Below, piece by piece: positions 12,001-24,000 of a stretch of DNA of 61,238 nucleotides. Both the position numbers and the translations under genes were made by a program. Origin of the DNA: Candidatus Omnitrophota bacterium (GTDB lineage Bacteria > Omnitrophota > Gorgyraeia > Tantalellales > Tantalellaceae). Numbering within the stretch: position 1 is the stretch's first letter; every line of letters begins with the position of its first letter. The stretch lies in NCBI GenBank assembly GCA_014728045.1, contig WJMH01000012.1, positions 1 through 61,238 on the forward strand, given 5' to 3'. Below the pieces are notes generated by a model that was not told the DNA's origin, did not search any database, and was given only the letters and a program-made list of their open reading frames with translations.

Positions 12001-15000
12001 TGACGAATTATTGTTCCATCCCAGGGAACTGGCCCGGCTGATGATGAATTTCTCCATATATGACAGTGACCACGGAGCAAGGGCGAAAGCCGTTGCAGCC
12101 GCCAAGAGGAAAGCCGAAAGCATGTGGAAGGCCGCAAGAAGCAGGAACCTTCTCATTACGGTAGAACGTCTCGTGGAGCTTAAGACCTCTCTTGCGGACG
12201 TGGACAGGATGTCCCATGAGATAGCGGAACTGGACGCCCGTATCAAGAAGGCCGGCCGGGAAGAGAAGATCATCCTCCAGCAGAGGAGGCTCCTTCTCGC
12301 CAGGCGCCTTGCGGCGGCCAGGAAGAAGTCGAGAATTGAACAGGTCCGTATCAAATGGGCCCTCGGCATCGATATGAACGCGGACCTTGTAAAACAGATG
12401 AACCTGCGCGAAGTGAGTGAGGCAGAACTTGTAAAAGCCCTTGAGCAGGTTTCGGGCGATTATTACTCCACGCGCCTTGAAGCCGCCAGACAATGGGTGG
12501 TGGAAGCCGGCCATTACGCCCCGTCTTTAGTAAGGGTGAGGGCCTCCAGCGGACTTATGGTCAACCTTCTGAGCGTTTTCGAGGAAAAACCGATAGATGA
12601 TATAGTTTCTCTAAGTCTGCTGGACTTTCAGGTCGATTATGATCATCTCCGCAATAAAGAGGATCAGATCGCGCAGAGGGAGGTCGAAACGGCTATAGCC
12701 GCTTTCCGTGACGAGGTCAGGGATATGGACAGCGAGATAAACAAACTTGCCGCTCATATAGAAGGTCTTGAGGCCGTTATAGAGAAGGACAGGGAGGTGC
12801 TCATAGAAGCCCGCGCGGCATACGATCGCATGATAAAGCTTTCCACTGAACAGCCGGCACTGATCGATCGCACGAGCGCCGTCCACATAGTAAAGAACCT
12901 GCAGCAGGCGGAGGACGCGCTAAGGTGGCACCAGCTGCAGCTGAGGATAGCAAGGGCTAAGTTCAGGATGTTCGGAAGGTTCGCCGAAAAGAAGGTGGCC
13001 GATCAGAGAAGAAGGGAAGCGGAGATAACTGACCTTGGCCAGCTTTTCTCAATGGCCCTGAGGAACGGCAGGATGAACCGCATATGGGCCAGGATAGCCA
13101 AAACCCGCGCTATCAAGGAAAAAGAAGCATCTGACAGCTGGTATATCCCCAAACTCATATTCAGCATGAAGCTTTTCAAGGGTTTCACTGACCTTGAATG
13201 GAGACAGGAACATGCCTCGGATAACGATATATTCGAGGATGCGATAGAGGAAGCCGATATCGGGATGAGCATGCGTGCCTGCCTGAGGTGGTATCTGTTT
13301 GACCTTGGCGGTGAGAACCGTGAACTTGCCACGGAATACGCCCTTAAATCGGCGATGCTGGAATCAAAGACCAAGGGCTCCGAGCTCATGGTAGAAATAG
13401 CCAATGCGGTTTCCCGCATAAAGAGAGCTCAGGAAGCCGTGGATATAAAGACTGAGGATGTCGGGTACAAGAAGCTCAGGATAGAGGCGATGGCCGACTC
13501 CGACGACAGACGTCGCCAGGAGTTCTATCTCATACAGCTGGGCAGAGACCTGGAAGGGGCCAGGAACGAGTTGCGTATGGCTTACGAAAACCTCAGGAAG
13601 GTCGTGGGTGCTACGCGCACCAGGATAAAAATAGACCGAAAGATGCTCGATGAGATGGACAGGCAGCTTGAGGAGTTCATGTCAAGCCATCCGGATATGT
13701 TCATAAGAGGTATTGACGGCAGATGGCAGGTGACTCCTTACGGTAAAAGAAGCATGGGTCAGCTGAAAAGAGAACTGCAGAGATCGCTGGATGAACTGGA
13801 AAGGCTTCACAGAAGGGAGAGGCTTTCCGGGCTCGACCAGATCAAGCTAAGGGCCATGATCGCCAATCTGAGGGAAGCGATCTCGGTGATGGACAAGCAT
13901 TTCCAGACCGGCAAGAGCGTGGAAAAACAGATGCCGGTCATACTCAGGACGCTTCACGGGGCCAGATTGTCATATATAAAGGACCAGACACCCAGGTGCA
14001 GCGCGGATATGGAAAGGCTCGAACAGTTCACCGTGGAACTTAAGAGGATCATCTCCGAGACGAAAGATGCGGCTACCGGCAAAGACGCCGAAAAGCTGCT
14101 CGGTGAGGTGCAGAAGCACCTGGCCAAGGCATATAAACGCGAGATCAACAAGATCTTCAGCAGGGCGCGCAGGTATAACATCCGGACCGAAGAAGAAAAG
14201 ATGCATCTAATCATAAAATATTCCCAGACGATACTCGATATCGATAATACCGACAGCCAGGCTGAGGGGTATCTCAAAAAGGCCCAGGACAGGATCGCCG
14301 AGATCGAAAAGATCTCCAGCCGGGACAGGGTCAAAAATGCTTTAAGGACAATGGAGGAGAGGCTCAAGGACACCCCTGGTTGGTTGACCTCCTATAGGGA
14401 GTATCTCGCTTATGCCGCGGAAGGGCTGAGTTCTTCCATCGAAGCAAGGAAGCTGGCCGAAAAGGCGGGCATGGACCTTGGTAAGACCAATGTGGATACC
14501 GTGGAAGCGCATCTTATCGACGCCATATGGAACATGGTCGCCAGAGTAGGTATTCCCGAAGGATATTATGAGGGCTGGGAGCCGGATGCACATTACGGAA
14601 AGGGCCATATGCCCACTCTTGAAATGGATAAGCCCTACTGCGCCGAATCCCGTGAACCTTCGAAGATCATCGAGCAGGTCTTCTCCGGTTACGAGCTGGA
14701 CGAAGTTATAGAATACAGGAGATTCCTGAAGGACCTCCGGGTCAAACTTAAACGTCTGCAAGGCTCCAACAGTGCCAAGGCAGGCGAACTGGTCAGGCAT
14801 ATCGATGCCTATATCTCGCTCTCGGAAGCCAAGATAAACGCGATGAGAGCAGAAGGCGCGCGGACCAGGACCGAATCGGAGATAAACGATATGATCGAGA
14901 ACCAGATAAGCGGCATGGAAAGCGACCTCTCTAGGAGGTTCGGCCTGTGGATACCACCGTTCCACGAATACCATACAACCCGCGGATGGATCCTGGAGTA

Positions 15001-18000
15001 TCTCAAGGTCTACCACAGGGCACAGAAGATAGAGATGCTCGGCCCGAACAGTAAGCAGCAGGATAAGATCGATGGATACAAGAAAGAGGCGAGAAAGAAA
15101 ATAGGCCAGAGGCTGGACGATCTCACGGTGGAAGACGATATTGAAGACCTCCTCGAGGATATATCGCTTGTACGCGCTCTTATGCGTTACGATATACAGC
15201 CCGGCAAGGCCAGGTTGTTCGAGATGCAGAGCCAGATAGCCCTGATAAAACTTATGAACGCCGAACTGGAGGAGATCCTGGAGGATGCTTCGACCGGAGA
15301 ATATGAAGAAGCCATAAAGAACGCGGATAAGGTCCTTACCGCTTGCGTGAGACCTGTCCAGGGTGGCAATAACACTTACACGCAGCTGAGAGATAAGCTG
15401 GTGGCGAACCAGACGAAGGTGCTTATAGCCTGTATGCAGTATAAGGCCGCCGAGTATAAAAAGATAACAGATGAAATCTCCAAGGCGGACAATGATGACG
15501 CGGAGGATTATCTTGATGAACTTGAAGAGGCCGAAGAAACTCTCCGCGGGCTTTACCGGATCGCCGCTTCCTTTGACGAAGCCGAAGGGATCACGCCGAT
15601 CACCCCCGACGGGAAAAAGGTGATAACCGCGATGACGGCGGCTTTGGCCATGGTCAGAAAAGAGCTTGATGCTGTCAACGGCGTAAGGTCGCTGGCCTTC
15701 CTGAAAAGAAGCGTATATCAGCTTAACCGTACGGTGGATTTCGAAAACGACGTGGATAAACTTACCGGTTACACTCGGACAACTGACCCGACCTGCCCGC
15801 TGAGCTCTACGCACCTGAGGCAGCTCAGGACCACCGAGAACGACCGCGTGAGCACGAGAATGCTCGATCGCATACTGGAATCGACCAGCCAGGCCCTCAA
15901 ACATGATAAGGACAATTTCCAGGCCGTTGAACTGCGCCGCAGCGTGCAGGATAAGTACACCATGGTACTCATGGGGCGGCTGAATGATTTGCAGAGAGAT
16001 ATAAAAAGAAGAATCGACAGGGGAAGATCCGCCACACGCGGCCAGATATCGGACGTAGAGGAAGTTGTGAACAGGATCCTCGATGTTAATTCCGACAGGC
16101 TTATCGGCCTGCTCAAACCCGGCGAGGAGAGCATTAACATGCTCAGGAAGATATCCGACAGGACCGGTGCGACGGTCCTTAGCTTCGAGCATCTGCCCGA
16201 GAGCGTGCAGATGACTGATGACGGGCGCAGGATATTCCAGATGCTTATCGACAGCTGCGAGAAGGCCGGCGGTAAGCATACCCCCCACAGGAAGATGATA
16301 ATAGAACTTATACAGCGCAGGTACCACCAGGAAACAAGAGAAGCTGTTTTCTGGGGAGGACCCTTGATACATGTCGATATAGGGATCAGTTCCAGCGGTA
16401 TGGGGCAGTTCTTCGGGAAAACGGCCACCACGCCCTGGAGCAACCTGGTGAATGTCGGGTTCACTAAGAACGGTCTGTTCTGGGTTACGACCCCGATACG
16501 CAAGATACCGATACTGGGAGATATTCTTGAACACATGCTGGGTCTGAAAGGATACATAGAGCATAGAAAACGGAGCATGGAAATGCACGGTGCCAAGTCC
16601 AAAGAACACCTCCAGCGCGCCGAGATGGAAGCAGTGAACCACTGGGTAGCCCTCTGGGGAGCCGTGAAACAGTACCAGTCAACGGACTCCGCCAGGGAGA
16701 AGTTAGCGGCCGAACTGGATGTGCTCGTTGCCGAAAGGGACCAGAAGAAGGAATATTTCTCTTTCAGGAGGAATTACACCGAACTTATGGATCTGGAAGG
16801 ACGCATAGCCAACAAGAGGCTTGAGCTATCACGCTGTGACGCCGACATGCGAGCTTTAGAGACGCTTCTGTATTCGCTCGGGGTCAATGACCCGAAGGAA
16901 TTCATCGCCGAGGACAGTGAGTACGCTAAAAAAGGTTTCGTGGACTCCAAGCTTGATGAAGTGTTCGATCTGTTCGGGGCGGGTTCCAAGGAAGCAGCAA
17001 GCGAATGGGGAATGAGGATGAAGATAAGGATCGCCCAGGACAAGGTGGCGGCGCGACTTCCCTCGGCAACGGGAGAGACCTCAAGCGTGATGCTCGAAGT
17101 CTCTTACGGCGAAGGCTACGCGGGCGAGGTACGCGACCAGTGGAAAACAAGCGTGCGTTTCGCAAGGGAAGAGACAGTTTCGGGAATAGTAGACGCGATA
17201 GGCGGGTATACGAGAGATTCCCGCAGGCACGCGCTGAAAGCTAAAGAACACGAACAGCAACTTGAGAGGCAAACGATGCTGCGCGAACTGGCCGAGCTCA
17301 ATGCGAGGTACTGGAGAGTCGTGGCCGATTACGAGCAGCTCGCGGAGAAATACAGGGTTGCCGAAAAAGCCTGTGAAGACGGCCGGAAAAGAAGGAAAGC
17401 CGAAGAGATCAGGCCGATGCAGCTCAGGGACCTGCAGGACCAGCGCGATCAGGCGAGGGCGAGGATGGAAAAGGCTCTGGCCGATATCAGGATGCTGGAA
17501 ATGGAGTTCAAGACAAGTTTTGGCAAGGAGATACCGGATGCGAGTTTTCTCAGGAACTTCGGGTCTGTTCTCGCGCCGCTGGCCATAGACAGTATAGTGC
17601 AGAAAGCGAAAGCTGCCTCCAGCGATGTGGATTTCTCAAGGGATGAAAAGGTACGCGCACTTGAGGAATACATCATAAGCAGCCGCCAGCGACAGTCCAG
17701 CGTACTGCATTACCTCTCGAGCATAAAACTGGGTGTATGCTTCCAGGACAGCGATTTCACGGCAAAACCGGTTGACGCGGTAATGCCCACGCTTACTTTC
17801 GTGCTTTACGGTTCCAACTGGGAAGCAAGGCGCGATAAACAGCGCAACGAACATATATACAACATTTACCAGCTCCGCAGGAGGCAGTCCGAACTTCCCG
17901 TGGAATACCGGGTAAGGCTCATAGAACTACAGGCAGCCGCTGAAATGCTGAAACTGGAGTTTGAGAACCTTTCCGGAGCGAGCAAGACCATACAGGAAGA

Positions 18001-21000
18001 ATACGACCAGGTGCTCAACGATTACAGGAGGCGCCGCATTGATTTGGATACGATGAAGGCGCGCCTGGAGAAGATAGACAGGAACGAATATATAGAAAGC
18101 CTCGCCTCATTCCTTTCCGCGTACGAGAAGTTCTCGATGCTGACCAGACAGCTCGGCATGGAGATGCCGCCTCTGACCGAACTGGGGGCCGAGAAGGATG
18201 CCGGAAAAGGCGAAGAGGTCAAAGCCGGGGAAAAGACCGAAGAATCAGGAACCGTACCGTCTGAAATAGAACAAACATATACGGCCGTGAACATACCTTC
18301 CAGGGAGGAGTTCGGCAAGGGCCTTAAGAGGAGGACCGGCTGGAGATGGGGTGATTACTGGGACAGTTACAGCGCAAGGCACGACAACCAGCAGATAGAG
18401 GCCTTTCTCGAGAAATACGGCCTCGAGCCCGCCGAGACCAACAAGGCCGGGTTCTTCGCCTTTCGCGAGGGTCTTATCGAGCTGAGCTCCAGGAGAGGAC
18501 ACCTGTTCGGCAGGGGAGGGACGCTTTACCGGTATCTGGTTGACCAGAAGAAGATGTCCGAGGAAGACGCTCTCAGGAAGCTCGCCTCGCTCAGGGATAT
18601 ATACTGGTCCAGGTTCTGGCAGGTCCAGGACCAGATCGTCAAACCTTTCCTCGAGAAAAAACTCGGGTACGAGCCCGACACGGATAACGATTTCGCCATA
18701 CTGATGGCATGGACCGATTACGCGATGGGTGCCGGCAGGGATGAAGGCGCCATGATAGAATATCTGGAGACAGAGCTTAGCGATGACAACCTAGTTACCA
18801 AGATACTCAAGAACTTCTTCCGCGTTCAGATGATGCAGGCGCTGGAGAACGATTATGACAGGGTCCTTGACAGGGTGAGAGAGGCTTCCTTCCATATGAC
18901 GGCCGACCAGCTTCAGGGTGAGGTCGAGACGCGCGGCGTGGATATCGATTCTTTCAGGGGACTTATGGCCGGTTTCGAAAAAGAGGTCGGAGAGTTCCTT
19001 GGGGAGGAAATAGATTATAACAACGAAGCCGACAGGTGGATACTGCATCGCGTGGCCATACTCGCATTAAGAGCAGGCGGCAGGGACGATTTCCGCGGGG
19101 ACCTCGCACTTATGAACATGGTCAAGAAGGTATCCGGTGAATTTTTCAATTTCGACAAGATCACCGCCGAGTCAGCCATGAGGATGCCCGGTTCGGACAC
19201 GCTGAGAAGGATATCCGACAGGATACACGAACTTAAGGCAGCCGGGGAGGATACTACGGCCCTGGAAGTTGTCTTCAACGTGCACATGAAGGCCTTGATC
19301 AGGGGCAAGAAGATCAATACCTGCTATGATACTGTCAGATGGATCAGGCGTGAAACGGACAATACCGCCATGTGGCTCCGAGAAAGGGATCTCACTCTGG
19401 CCGATGCGATAAAGAAAAAGAAAACGGACCAGGATTTTTATGTTCCGATGCTCGTCGTCTACATAAATCAGGCCACCTCTGATCGCGACCCCATGATAAC
19501 GAGCGTAGAGGACCTCCTCAAGGAGGAGAACAGACCAGTTCTTGAAAGGGTCATGAGGCTTTATTACGGGGACCTCAATTTCATACTTACCAGATTCAGG
19601 ACGGACGCCGAGAACGAGAAAAAGGCGATACAGGCCTCGCTGGCCGGGGACCTTTCCGACGCGCAGAGGACTAAGCTCGAAAAAAGGCTCAAAGAGCTCG
19701 AGGATTACCTTTCGACCTATGATACCAATAATCCCTTCCTCGTCGAAGCCTCGAAGAAATGGGTCAGGTTCTACCGAGAGAACTTCAAGGATTCGGCCGG
19801 GTTCAATAACTTCCTGGACAAACAGTATAAACCGCTGATGGCCCAGGAAAGCGTGAAGAAATTCCTGAGCGACGTCGCCGGGGTCAAAGAGGTCGACCGC
19901 TTGATGAGCGAGGATATGATGATATACGGCGGGTACCTGGCGATCATTCTCGAGAAACACAAGATAGATGCCAATGACGAAAAGGCCGTCATAAACTTTT
20001 GCGACCTCGCGCTCCATTTCTTTCAAAAGAACAGTTCCCTGAGGGAGTTCAAGATCGGCGAAGGTAAAGAGCAGATCAAGTATTTCATAGGCTTAGGCGA
20101 ACTTATGGGTACACTGGATTCGGTCGCCCGCAGGTCCAACAGGTCGCTTACCGACATACTCAAGGACGATGACCTTAAGGTGAAAATAACGGAACTGCTC
20201 AGCAAATACAGGTTCGAATACGTTGACTTCCCCAGACAGATAGCGCTGACCGAGGGGCTGATCAAGGGCAGTGTCCCGGAAGGCAAGGTCGTAATGGTCA
20301 CAGCGCCTATCGTGGACGGTAACTTCAAAAAGATAGGCGAATCCATCTCCGTAAAGGACAGGGACAACAAGAACCTGGTCACTTTCGCCAGGGTAAAGGA
20401 ACATGATAACCTGCCCGATGATTATGCGAAAAGCGTGCAGAGAAGGGAAGTGCTGGTATACCGCAGGGACGCGGTATATCCGCAAGAGATGTTCCGCCTG
20501 GTCAAGGATACCGATATTTTCACTCTGGAAAGCCTGGTGGGCGCGGTAAAGATAGGCACCATAAGCACAGAGGCCGTCAGGGATGAGGACGGGACCGTGG
20601 TGGATACCCTTCTGGTGAAGAAGTATCTTGCCGGTTATACGGACGGACTGGGCAACAGCGTTGTCAAGATCAACAAGAAGGGATACGGTAGGACGATCTA
20701 TGAAGAGAAGATAAAAGGGGAAAAGGTCCAGAAGATACACTACCAGTACCACGATAACGGTAGCCTCAAGAGCGTGGAGTATGAGAACGTGCTTAACGCC
20801 CCTGACCCGTACAGGGATCCCCAGGGGTATTTTCTCGCTGAACAGCACGGCCTGATCAAGCGCATCGAGTATGCCCCCTCGGATGACATATTCGTGCCGG
20901 GCCTTCTTGAGAAGATAATTTATGATGACGGGACAGTGGCTTATTACACTGACGGACATATTAAAAGGATCACTTTCAGTGAGCCCCACCGGCCTGATAA

Positions 21001-24000
21001 AAAGACGTATCCGCTGGATTATGATTTCGCGGCCCAGCACGGTCTTGTCGCGGAAATGGTCTTTGACGGAACCTCCGAAAACAGGTCCGTCCTGACCCGG
21101 TATGCCGACGGTACCGAAAGAAGGTATATTACCGCGGAGAACCTTGATGAGGCCAGGGAAGAGCGTCGGCAGAGCGTACGGGAAGATGATATGGACAACA
21201 TCAGACCCGGCAACCTCGGCGAGATAAACGTAGGCAAGAATGCGCATATCTTCAAAGGCCCCGGAGATGTAAGAGAGAAGGCTGCTGAGATGCGCAAAGC
21301 GGATTTCAAAAAGTATCTGGTCAGAACCATCGGGGACGAAGGCAGATCATACTGGACGGCGATAAACGCGTTGATGGACAAGATAGAATCCGATCTGGAC
21401 GAGGATTCCTATACTGAAGAAAAGAGGCAAAAGACCGAAGATGCGATCGCCTCACTTGAGGATATTAACCAGGTGCTGGACGATCCGCTTCTTGAGGATT
21501 ACCTTGACGTTCTGAGGGATTTCCACTTTGCCAAGCTGCACGGCGGAGTAAAACGCGTTGTCTATGAAGCAACACAGGAAAAAGTATCTCGTCCGCTGGT
21601 CATTGAATACACCGATGGGACCAGGGCCGCTTTCGTTTACAAGGTCGACGCTGAAGAACTTACGGGTATAGAGAGAAATATATTCTCAAAAGAGAAGAAC
21701 TGTTACCTTAAGATCCTTACCGAAAAAGGCAAGGCCCCGGTAAGGTATATCTACATCAGCAAGAGCAGGATCGCCCTCAAAGACGATTGTCTCAAGTATG
21801 TCGGGTATGAGACGCCCCTCATTGACAGTCGTTTCAGCAGGCTTCACGGCGGCGTGTCCGCGATTATCTATACCGGTGAAAGCAAAAAAGGCGGAAGGAT
21901 ACTCCTCAAACATTATGCCGACGGCAGCTACGAGGAATACAATTACGAGCACAAGATGTTCGGCGCTTATACCAAGACCCTCTATGAAAGGTCAGCGAGC
22001 ACTATCCGAAAGAAGGTCTTCACTTATGACGCCAAGGACAGGCTTATAGAATTCACCGACCACAATGGGATCACGGACAGGTATTATTACGAGCCAGGTT
22101 TTATCTTCGCCAATCGCGGCCAGAGCGGGAACACTCTGGCGATAGAGGTCGATATAGCGGGCGTGCCCGTAAAGAACGGAGCCGTTCTGGTCTTTAAGAA
22201 CGCTAAGATTACAAGCAGAAAGGAACTTGCCGAAGCAGGTGAGGCTGATTTCGCCTTTTTCTTCAACAAGGAGATAGAAAAGCTCGCCGCCACCGGGCAG
22301 CTGAACAGGATACTCAGTGACCCTGATATGGCTTATGACGCAAGCATCTGGAATAAGACCCGTGACGGTTCGGCTCTTCTGGAAAGGACCGTATGGGAAG
22401 AGGACGTTATAGGGACTTTCGCCACTCTCATGTCCGAGTCAAGGTTCAACGATACCTTTGAGCGCATGGTAGGCATATGGGAAGCTTCCATGCTGAGGGA
22501 CGGGGCGAGGACGCTCCAGTACAAGGCTGGTCATCAGAAGATCGATACGCATAAGCTTTACGCCGACAGGATATACGCCGAACTGAAGGAATTGAAGTCG
22601 CAGATCGAACAGGTCCGCAGCGGAGAGAAGGAAATGGACCATTTCCAGATGGAAACCTGGCAGAGGCTGATAGCGATGAAGTTCAGGGCCTGGGAAAGAC
22701 TGGCATACAGGGAACTGGTGGTCGAGGAAAGAAGCCCTGAAAAATGGATGAACAGGCGAACGGGCGCCAGCTGGTTCAGGAACGTCGTTCTCTCTTTCAG
22801 CAGGCGCAACGACCTGGATATTCTTTTCAAGGAAGTCACCGGCGTATCCGCGGAGAACATCACACCCGTTGAAAAAGTCTCCGTGAGAGGAAAGCTGCCG
22901 GTGGCTGAAGAGATCAATACGAACCGGGAGATCACCCTTGCTCTTACCAGCGAGGAAAAGACCGTTGTCGTGGATACCGGAGCGATGGGAATGAAGGACC
23001 TTTCCGATTCGACTTTATCTTTCCTCGTTAATACCAAGGAATCGTTGTGGCCTGCCATAACCATATACGCTGTTGACGGGGAAGGCCGGGAGAAGGTCCT
23101 GAGAGTCCCCGCCGAATCGGTCAAATACGAAGAGTACAGGAAATACCAGAGGGTTGAGTTCACTCCCTCCTCGAGGGATCTGAGTAATTATACCGAAGAA
23201 GAGGATTTCGACACTTCGGACGTTGTTTCGGTAAGGATCGTTTTCAGGAATACCAGCACAACTCCCGCTAATCTGGGGGTCAGGGACATCATGCTCGAGC
23301 GTAGCACTTCTCTGGCCGATACGGTCAAGGTGACCGAAACCGTGACCGTTGCTGAAGATCAGTGGATGTCCGCTTATGACATGGACGGCAGTATGTACAT
23401 CGATCTCAGCCGGGAAGGCGTGCCGAGTGATCTGGAAGGCAGGTTAATCAGGGTACGCGCAAAACTGCCCGCCACTGTCGCAGGGCCGGGCAGCAGAGTT
23501 ACCGTTTCTCTGATCGACGAGCAGACCAGGGCAAAGAGCGAAAAAGCGACAGTCGATGATGAAGGTTATGTTACCGTAGAGATAGAAGCCCTTTCCAAAG
23601 CCGATTTCGATTCCACTAAAATACTTATGCTCAGGGTGGAATCACCTATAGCCGAACAGGGCATGGAATTCACCGTCTGGCACAAGATAGCCGCAGCGTC
23701 GTTCGCGCTGGCCATAGCGTTGGCTTATTATTTGAAAAGGAACCACGCCAAGCTGGTCGAATGGCTGCGTAACCGTAAGATAAAGGGCCTCGGTAAGACC
23801 GTCGTAAGTCATGCGGACCTCAATAAATACATCAGCGAGAACATGCCGGAAGAGATCCGGAACGCAAAGAACATCTACGAGAGAAGGGAACAGCTCAAAA
23901 AGCTTTGCCCGGAACCATTTACAAGTGAGGATTATCCAGACATGGAGGCCGGTCTTGTGGAGATCCCCGGCCTTTATAACCAGACGGGCGTAAAGGCGCA

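Noticed and set aside
20700-22100. RHS toxin
   Set aside because: There is only one YD-like unit, no RHS core or DPxG signature and no toxin-immunity pair.
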